Both the position numbers and the translations under genes were made by a program. From the NCBI GenBank assembly GCA_027031765.1, contig JALVPN010000219.1, forward strand, positions 1-8,328: a stretch of 8,328 nt of DNA, written 5' to 3'. Shown here piece after piece: positions 1 to 6,086 of this stretch. Position 1 is the stretch's first letter, and each line of letters begins with the position of its first letter. The notes beneath the pieces were generated by a model. It saw only the letters and a program-made list of their open reading frames with translations, had not been told where the DNA came from and did not search any database. The DNA comes from Promethearchaeota archaeon. Its GTDB lineage: Archaea; Asgardarchaeota; Thorarchaeia; Thorarchaeales; Thorarchaeaceae.

Positions 1-1197
1 GACATGGAGCTGACATTCACAGTTGCGACCTTTGGCGGACGGATGCTGGTCGACATGGCACACCACTCCAGCGATGACCCTGACGACCCGTCAAGCTACC
101 GGTACTTTGCCGAGTACCTCCGTGAGAACGGGGTCACGATGGGCACCTTTGGAGACCCGAATGACATTGCGCAGAGGCGCTTCGACCGGGCCACACTGGG
201 GACGTGTGAGGCCCTGCTGATAATGGACACCGAGACCAATTACGGGGAGAGTGAGATTGCAGCATTCCACGACTTCGTCAGAGATGGTGGTACTCTCCTT
301 GTGATGTCCGAGTACTATGACAACCGCAGCAACACTGCGAGCTTCGGGATAGATGCGTACAACAAGATACTGGAGCCATTTGGCATCCAGTGTGAACGGT
401 TCACCGTTGGCGGGTACCCGGAGGAGAACATGGGACATGTCTACGGTGCAGACCATGGGGGTGCGGTAGACGACGACCCGCTGACGGAAGGGGTGCGGAA
501 CATCTACGTGCTCCTCGGCAGTGCATTCACCGTCGACCCGTCCAGGGCACACGGACTGTTGTGGTATGATGCCGCCAGACAACACGCACTTGTGGCCACG
601 GCCCGCTACGGTCAGGGGCGTGTCATAGCAGTATCTGACGGCTCGACCCTGTATGACGACATCCTCTACGACGCAATCCGCAACGGGGCCGACAACCTCG
701 CGCTGCTGCACAACATAGCATCACTTGTGATACCGGAGGCCCCAAGGATATACGAGGTGCAGACCAAGTTCGACAGGATAGGCCAGCCCGGGAACGTGAC
801 GGCCTGGGTCTTTGACGATGACCTGAGCAACGTCACAATCACAGTGACCACACCCAGCGGCCAGAACATCACTTCCCCGGTAGTGGAGCGGCTTGGTTAC
901 GAGTTCATGCTCGACTTCCCAGTGGACACGGGTGGCTTCTACGTCGTCACAGTGCGGGCGACCGATGCGGCTGGGCACACGAAGGAGGTACGGGAAACAG
1001 TGCTCGTGCCTGTCCCGGCCGTGGACGATGTGTTCACCATGAGCGTGCTCGGGTCGCTCCTAGTGGTGGTGGTCGCCGGACTCGCATACGTCGGCTGCAA
1101 GCGGTTCAGACGGCCCATGGGAGGCCGTGAGGAAGAGGTCGAGTGGGAGCCGGTTTGGGACGACAGTGGACAGACGCCCCCACCAGTCATCGAATAG
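1..1197 (+). CDS. 5'-truncated type I membrane protein: GldG/IFT52-like (DUF4350, class I GATase-like fold) domain, Ig-like domain, C-terminal TM helix and acidic tail; probably the C-terminal part of an S1P/SKI-1-like S8 protease
   Basis: The ORF track gives 4..1197, but codon 1-3 (GAC) is in frame with no stop, so the gene probably starts upstream. Motifs: RMLVDMAHH, YFAEYLRENG, LLIMDTETNYGESEIAAFHDFVRDGGTLLVMSE, YGQGRVIAVSD. A beta-rich segment follows (VTAWVFDDDLSNVTITVTTPSG ... YVVTVRATDAAG). Hydrophobic helix VFTMSVLGSLLVVVVAGLAYVGC (1030-1098) is followed by KRFRR. Four N-x-S/T sequons lie in the ectodomain. Stop TAG at 1195-1197. Confidence 0.85.
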   Translation, partial: DMELTFTVATFGGRMLVDMAHHSSDDPDDPSSYRYFAEYLRENGVTMGTFGDPNDIAQRRFDRATLGTCEALLIMDTETNYGESEIAAFHDFVRDGGTLLVMSEYYDNRSNTASFGIDAYNKILEPFGIQCERFTVGGYPEENMGHVYGADHGGAVDDDPLTEGVRNIYVLLGSAFTVDPSRAHGLLWYDAARQHALVATARYGQGRVIAVSDGSTLYDDILYDAIRNGADNLALLHNIASLVIPEAPRIYEVQTKFDRIGQPGNVTAWVFDDDLSNVTITVTTPSGQNITSPVVERLGYEFMLDFPVDTGGFYVVTVRATDAAGHTKEVRETVLVPVPAVDDVFTMSVLGSLLVVVVAGLAYVGCKRFRRPMGGREEEVEWEPVWDDSGQTPPPVIE

Positions 1198-2470
1198 GCC
1201 CGTAGGTCTGTTCCAGCAGGCGCCTGATCCGGTCATGCACCGGGTCCAGCAGCGGGGCCTGCTCCAAGGTCACACCAGCAAGGACGCGCTTGTAGAGCTG
1301 AAGGCCTACGACAGACGCCATGCGGCTTGCAATGACCTGACCGCCCACGAGACGGCCCTCCTTTGTGGTCACAAGGGCGACCTTGGTCATCTCCGCAGTG
1401 TCCTCGATGACCTCAACGTCCGTTTCCACTCCGAGGGACGCAGCAACTGTTGACGAGTAGCCGACACACAGGACATCAGTCTCGAAGACCCTGTCATACT
1501 GGAGGCGCAGGGATACGTCCCTGAACCGTTTCCGACGGCCGAGCGCAGCAACAGCTGCCTGTCTGCCACCGCGTGCTGCGGCACTGGCCACAGGCAGGAG
1601 CACCGGCTTGCCGGTCAGTGCGTCCGGTATCTCTGCACAGTCACCCACTGCAAACACGTTCTCAACAGATGTGCGCATCTGCTCGTCAACCAGCACACCG
1701 CCAGCAGGGCCGAGCTCGAGGCCCAGTTCCTTGGCAAGTGCAGTGTTAGGCCTCAGGCCGGTGACACAGAGCACCGCATCAACATCGAGGTCGTCACCAC
1801 CCACCACCACGCACCGGGCCTGCTCCTCACCCACGATTGCCTCGGGGCTCCTCCCAAGGTGGAGGTGCACACGTGGTGCCACTCTTGCTGCGAGGTCCTC
1901 GCTCAGGGGCACCTCGAGTAGTCTTCGCATCAGCCGTGAGCGGACGACCAGGTGCACAGTCTTGCCCATCCTCTTGAGGCGCTCGGCCATCTCGAGGCCG
2001 ATATAGCCGGCACCAATCACTGCGACTGTCGACACATGGGCAAGGTACTCGCCGGCCCTGGAGGCGTCACGGATGTCCCTTATCGTGAACACACCGTCCA
2101 GGTCCACGCCCGGGATAGGTGGCAGTGCTGGCACTCCCCCGAGGGCAAGGATCAGACGGTCGTACTCCTCGACGAAAGTACTACCGTTAGGGGCACGACA
2201 GTCGAGGCGGTTGTCCTCCACGCTGCCCCCAACAACGGTCACACCTGTCTTCACCTTGATGCCAGCCCCTGCGAGTGTCTGGAGCGACCACTGGGGTACT
2301 GTGAGCTCTTTGGGCCAAGGCGACTCTAGGGCCATTGCCACACCCGGGCGTCTGTGAGCATCGTGTGTCTCATCGGTGAGGACAGCCACTTCCGCGGACT
2401 TGTCAAAGGTCTTCGCTGTGAAGGCCGCGGCAGCGCCCCCTGGGCCATAGCCGACAACTACAATCTTCAA
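1187..2470 (-). CDS. FAD-dependent pyridine nucleotide-disulfide oxidoreductase family protein (CoA-disulfide reductase/NADH oxidase-like, redox Cys absent)
   Basis: N-terminal FAD motif KIVVVGYGPGG, LILALGG, NAD(P)H motif VIGAGYIGLEMAE, GLRPNT, second FAD motif TSVENVFAVGDC, and a shortened dimerisation domain. The TTG start (2468-2470) is required to keep the GxGxxG motif and overlaps the upstream TGA stop. Confidence 0.93.
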   Translation of the reverse strand: MKIVVVGYGPGGAAAAFTAKTFDKSAEVAVLTDETHDAHRRPGVAMALESPWPKELTVPQWSLQTLAGAGIKVKTGVTVVGGSVEDNRLDCRAPNGSTFVEEYDRLILALGGVPALPPIPGVDLDGVFTIRDIRDASRAGEYLAHVSTVAVIGAGYIGLEMAERLKRMGKTVHLVVRSRLMRRLLEVPLSEDLAARVAPRVHLHLGRSPEAIVGEEQARCVVVGGDDLDVDAVLCVTGLRPNTALAKELGLELGPAGGVLVDEQMRTSVENVFAVGDCAEIPDALTGKPVLLPVASAAARGGRQAAVAALGRRKRFRDVSLRLQYDRVFETDVLCVGYSSTVAASLGVETDVEVIEDTAEMTKVALVTTKEGRLVGGQVIASRMASVVGLQLYKRVLAGVTLEQAPLLDPVHDRIRRLLEQTYGPIR

Positions 2471-5400
2471 TTCCTGAGACCCCCGCGCATCTTGAGGAGG
2501 ACAACAACCACTACTACCGCCACGGCACCCACACCGATGACAATGAGAGGTGTCGTGTCCTCAACGACTGCAATCGAGCCAGCATAGGCCTCGATAACGT
2601 TACCATAAAGGCTTACCGCGACTGCATAGACATCATACTCACCTGGCGCGAACCCGGACAGCGTGACAGAGAAGTTGTACACTCCACGGCTACCCGACAG
2701 TGTGAGGTTCACACACACACCATAGTCGGACTTCAAAGACAGGTACACCTGGTCAACTAGCAGGTAGCCGTCGAGCACGACGTGGCCCGACAGGACGCCG
2801 GGGCTCCACAGGCCCAGCACCACTGTGTCTTGGTCAAGGGTCACATTGCGGAATGCGATGTTGGCCGACATGCCGGCAGAGAGGACTACCGGTGGCAGCA
2901 CCAGCGCCCCCACACCATCGCTCACGTTGAGACAGAGCCATGTGATGCCAGACTGCCCGGATGGCAGCTCAAGTCGTAGCGAGAGAGCGCGACCACTGAC
3001 TGTACTGGTGTTGAGGAGCTGGTAGTCCGTAGAGACCAGGCCCCATCCCCACTGGAGGTCACTACTGGGTGTGTCACGGTCGTAGGCCTCCGCATAGATG
3101 TCCACAGCACTGCCCTCCTCGGTCAACTGCAGGCGCTGGACCCACGGGTGCCAGGTACATACGACGTCAACGTACCCGGTGGTGTCGTAGTCGGACACAT
3201 TCCCTGATACCATCGTGACAGATAGGCGCCCGAGCCCGGACGCTTCCGGACGCTCTGTGGTGACCAGAACCGTCTTGGCCCCAGTAGTCACAGACACCTG
3301 CATGGTGGATGGCTGGTAGGTGGTGTCATCCCACACGTATGCTGTTGACGTGCCGTCTGTGACATTCACCATGATGTCAGCGCCTCCAGCCCCGGTCTCC
3401 AGACTCTTGTCGGTGTCCCACCTGATGGAGAGGGTCCTACCGGTCAGTCCAGGCGGGCCTGCAAACGCCACGATAACACTGAGCGTGTCGAGCTCTGCAT
3501 ATGTGTGGACGCTGAGGATGTCCACGGCAGGGGAGATACCGGGGTCGTGCGGGTCGTCAATGACGCCGCCGATGCCGGTCCACTCGTGGACGGCAGTGAC
3601 ATTCGTCAGTGACCTGTTGAGCGAGTACTGTACGGCGAGAGGGGCGTCCACACGGCCGTAGCCCCACGACTGCGAGGGTGTCGAGTAGTGGGCCACCATG
3701 CCACCCGCAGACTGCACGAGGGCACTGTAGTCGGCCCACGGGTCCCTGCGACCGGATGCCTGCCGGACGAGTGCCAGTACTCCAGCGACATGCGGGGCTG
3801 CCATGCTTGTGCCTGCGCGTGTCCGCCACAACGACGTTGTTGACGGAGCGGCAGCCGTGATTGTCGAGCCGGGGGCCGCCACTTCAGGCTTGGGAAAACC
3901 ATCGACACGTGGCCCGCGGCTGGAGGAGGACAGGAACTCGCCATCAGTGTCGACGAAGGCACTCACGCAGACACCGTAGTCCGCAGTACCAGGGGAGCTT
4001 ATTGTGTGTGTCATGTCGAGGTGGTCTGTCAGACGCAAGAGCGAGGAGCTCCAGTCGCCGTCCCAGGCGTAGACGTCGACGGTCACAGGGGGGCCGGATG
4101 GGTTGTCGACCTCAATGGCCCACATCCCCGAGTCAATGTGCTGTTGTGGTTCTGAGAGCTGGACGACGAGCCTGTTGGTGCCGCGTGCACTCACATCTGC
4201 AAACAGCGAGACGTTCAGTACCGGCTCCTCCACGTATGCTGCTGAGCCCACAATGGACTCAAAGGGGCCGAAGGTAACGGCCTCGCCCGAGGGCGGCCTG
4301 AATATGATGGACTCGTCACGGTCAGTGCTGCGCCACAGGATGTTGATGTAGGAGTAGACGGGAGGGTTGCTGACCGAGAGGCCCACCGTGCCGGACTGGC
4401 CCGCGGCCACTGTCAGGCGTGCGTGCTTGCTCCGTCCGCCAAGGTTTCCGGCTGCAAGCGATGACAGAGTGCCGTTCGCAATGAAGGCCCTACTGGTGGC
4501 CAGGTCCTCGGGGTCAGTACCGTCGAGGAAGCCCAAGTAGCTTGAGAAACTCATGTTGATGATATCAGCATCCTGTTCTATAGCGAAACTGATACCGTCG
4601 AGTACGTCAGCCGAGTCAAGTCCACTCTGGACTACAATCAGATCCGCACCCGGGGCCACACCAACACGCTGTGTGAAACCGGGCTGGCCGCCTACAATCG
4701 TCGATGCCACGTGCGTCCCATGACCGTGGTAGTCAGTGACAGAAAGTGCCTCTGTCAGGTTCACCCCGCGGACGTAGACCTTCTGCCCCATCTGGTCGTA
4801 TAGTACTGCCACCTTGGACTCGCCAAGGACGACGACATCATCGTCAGGGAGCGTTACAGTGCCGTCCCCGTTGCCGTCGATACCACCCAGCCACCTGTCA
4901 CCATCGGTGAACGTGAAATGCCCATCGCCCCCCACATCAATGAACATGTAGTCCGAACTCAGGTCGTAGTTGTGGCCTGGCTGGTGCAGCACTGTCGCGA
5001 CCGGGCCCTCGTTGTCGTCAGCATACCCGTCACGGTCGAGGTCAACATAGAACGCCCCGTCGGAGAGGAGCACATCGAAGGGACCGGCACTCCGACGCCA
5101 GAAGGAGGGGTGCAACCAGTCGACGCCCGTGTCCAGTACTGCGACCCGGACTCCATAACCATCGATTGCCTGGCCATCAACGTGAAGACTATGCCACACC
5201 TGGTCAGCACCTGTCCAAGGTACGGACTCCACCAGCGAGGGGTAGAACTTCTTGCTGCCCGAGAATGCCCGCAGCAGGCCGAGCTGTTCCAGACGGTGGA
5301 CAGACGCCGCAGAACGTACCGATGCCAAGTACAGTTCTCCGACACGGACGGGCGTCCCGTGCCGGTAGCGCAGGTCAACACCGAGGCGGGCAACAGTAGC

Positions 5401-5658
5401 CAGCTCGGTCCGTGAGAGTACGTGGTCGAACTGCAGGAGCGCACGACAGCCACCAGAGGAGGCGAGCGAGTACCTGCCATTCAGAGTGCTCAGCTCGTGG
5501 AGGAGCATCGGCTCAACAGTCCGTGATGTCATGACGTGTGAGAGGGCAGGTACGAGTGGTTGTTCCCCTATTGCAGCACTGCTGGCCACAGCCGTTCCAC
5601 GGGTCACCATGGACATAGGTGCCAGCAGGATGATCAGTACTATGATGACGCGTCGCAT
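2467..5658 (-). CDS. Secreted, C-terminally membrane-anchored S8 family serine peptidase (subtilase, CspA-like with interrupted catalytic domain)
   Basis: Signal peptide MRRVIIVLIILLAPMSM. Catalytic D176 (VAVLDTG, 5131-5133), H313 (HGTHVA, 4720-4722), oxyanion N405 (AAGN, 4444-4446), S618 (GTSMAAPHVAG, 3805-3807), plus SSRGP...KPEVAAPG and WGYGRVD. Beta-sandwich domains follow. TM helix at 2494-2550 is followed by KMR. About 13 N-x-S/T sequons. SD-like AGGTG lies 5 nt before the ATG. Confidence 0.95.
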   Translation of the reverse strand: MRRVIIVLIILLAPMSMVTRGTAVASSAAIGEQPLVPALSHVMTSRTVEPMLLHELSTLNGRYSLASSGGCRALLQFDHVLSRTELATVARLGVDLRYRHGTPVRVGELYLASVRSAASVHRLEQLGLLRAFSGSKKFYPSLVESVPWTGADQVWHSLHVDGQAIDGYGVRVAVLDTGVDWLHPSFWRRSAGPFDVLLSDGAFYVDLDRDGYADDNEGPVATVLHQPGHNYDLSSDYMFIDVGGDGHFTFTDGDRWLGGIDGNGDGTVTLPDDDVVVLGESKVAVLYDQMGQKVYVRGVNLTEALSVTDYHGHGTHVASTIVGGQPGFTQRVGVAPGADLIVVQSGLDSADVLDGISFAIEQDADIINMSFSSYLGFLDGTDPEDLATSRAFIANGTLSSLAAGNLGGRSKHARLTVAAGQSGTVGLSVSNPPVYSYINILWRSTDRDESIIFRPPSGEAVTFGPFESIVGSAAYVEEPVLNVSLFADVSARGTNRLVVQLSEPQQHIDSGMWAIEVDNPSGPPVTVDVYAWDGDWSSSLLRLTDHLDMTHTISSPGTADYGVCVSAFVDTDGEFLSSSSRGPRVDGFPKPEVAAPGSTITAAAPSTTSLWRTRAGTSMAAPHVAGVLALVRQASGRRDPWADYSALVQSAGGMVAHYSTPSQSWGYGRVDAPLAVQYSLNRSLTNVTAVHEWTGIGGVIDDPHDPGISPAVDILSVHTYAELDTLSVIVAFAGPPGLTGRTLSIRWDTDKSLETGAGGADIMVNVTDGTSTAYVWDDTTYQPSTMQVSVTTGAKTVLVTTERPEASGLGRLSVTMVSGNVSDYDTTGYVDVVCTWHPWVQRLQLTEEGSAVDIYAEAYDRDTPSSDLQWGWGLVSTDYQLLNTSTVSGRALSLRLELPSGQSGITWLCLNVSDGVGALVLPPVVLSAGMSANIAFRNVTLDQDTVVLGLWSPGVLSGHVVLDGYLLVDQVYLSLKSDYGVCVNLTLSGSRGVYNFSVTLSGFAPGEYDVYAVAVSLYGNVIEAYAGSIAVVEDTTPLIVIGVGAVAVVVVVVLLKMRGGLRN

Positions 5659-5663
5659 AGGAG

Positions 5664-5668
5664 CACCT
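5664..5668 (-). promoter_or_regulatory. Ribosome-binding site (AGGTG) of the S8 peptidase gene
   Basis: The minus strand reads gcAGGTGctcctATG, an archaeal-type SD core 5 nt before the start codon. Confidence 0.55.
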
Positions 5669-5703
5669 GCGTCTGAGCGGTACGTCCACGGAGATAGACA
5701 CCC

Positions 5704-5712
5704 CTTTTCAAG
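5704..5712 (-). promoter_or_regulatory. Possible weak TATA box (CTTGAAAAG) for the peptidase-oxidoreductase operon
   Basis: This is the only AT-rich patch near the gene, about 45-55 nt upstream of ATG 5658. It overlaps a TCAA-G-TTGA inverted repeat (5708-5716). It is an imperfect match to the archaeal TTTAWA consensus. Confidence 0.3.
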
Positions 5713-5881
5713 TTGACTGGTGACACACCCGCTGTAGCAGTGTCGCGCTATGCTGCGGAGCCCTACGGAGACTGCGGGCAGTCAGGCCGTCATAACAATA
5801 CCGCAGCCCATATGCTGGCACGAGTGTTGGTAGATGGTGCCGGACCCTCTGTGCACACTTACTAGGGGGCCAACTGGCCAG

Positions 5882-5956
5882 ATGGGACGTGAACGGACTG
5901 CACGACCAGACTGGCGTAGTCCAAGGATACTGCACTGGACCCATGTGCGTCCCCAT
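5882..5956 (+). other. Potential structured RNA/DNA element in the divergent intergenic region
   Basis: Closing stem ATGGGACGTG (5882-5891) pairs with TGCGTCCC(C)AT (5946-5956). Inner hairpin GGACTGC (5895-5901) pairs with GTAGTCC (5916-5922). Paired by eye; strand and function unknown. Confidence 0.25.
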
Positions 5957-5987
5957 GTTCAGGACATAGGGCGACCGCGTCGTACAC

Positions 5988-6000
5988 TGAGCTTTTAATA
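5988..6000 (+). promoter_or_regulatory. Archaeal TATA-box promoter motif (TGAGCTTTTAATA) upstream of the TPR-longin gene
   Basis: AT-rich TTTTAATA in a GC-rich background. Matches the motif at 8139-8151 at 11 of 13 positions. The reverse complement (TATTAAAAG) could also serve the minus strand. Confidence 0.55.
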
Positions 6001-6078
6001 GCGTCGGCAGGGAGATGGATACGTCCTCAAGTGATGCAATGGCAACACTGTGAACCTGTTGGCCCCAGCAGTGCGTCT

Positions 6079-6082
6079 GGAG
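6079..6082 (+). promoter_or_regulatory. Ribosome-binding site (GGAG) of the TPR-longin gene
   Basis: GGAG lies 4 nt before GTG 6087 and 10 nt before the in-frame ATG 6093. Confidence 0.4.
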
Positions 6083-6086
6083 ATGT

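Noticed and set aside
91-1190. Alternative ORFs overlapping gene 1 (23..220, 91..711, 666..872, 721..978, 939..1190)
   Set aside because: These are shadow frames of a well-supported gene and carry no motifs.
1127-2587. Alternative ORFs overlapping the oxidoreductase (e.g. 1127..1453, 1608..2006, 1952..2329, 2354..2587)
   Set aside because: They are antisense or out of frame. The poly-Thr in 2354..2587 is simply the reverse complement of the protease's poly-Val TM codons.
2782-5716. Numerous short ORFs inside the subtilase gene
   Set aside because: They are GC-driven shadow ORFs over a gene with a complete catalytic triad.
5835-5870. Minus-strand ...GTCCGGCACCA resembling a tRNA 3' end
   Set aside because: There is no T-loop (TTCRA) and no matching 5' acceptor strand at tRNA distance.
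6010-6055. GGAGATGG resembling the start of a fluoride (crcB) riboswitch
   Set aside because: The P1 complement and the downstream GCUGAUG...CUAC pseudoknot partner are missing, and no fluoride-related gene is adjacent.
6015-6086. In-frame upstream ORF MDTSSSDAMATL-TGA separated from the TPR-longin ORF by one TGA (6051-6053); possible Sec insertion or readthrough
   Set aside because: ATG 6015 is only about 15 nt from the TATA box, so it is probably upstream of the TSS. The extension is not domain-like, there is no redox motif, and no SECIS could be identified.
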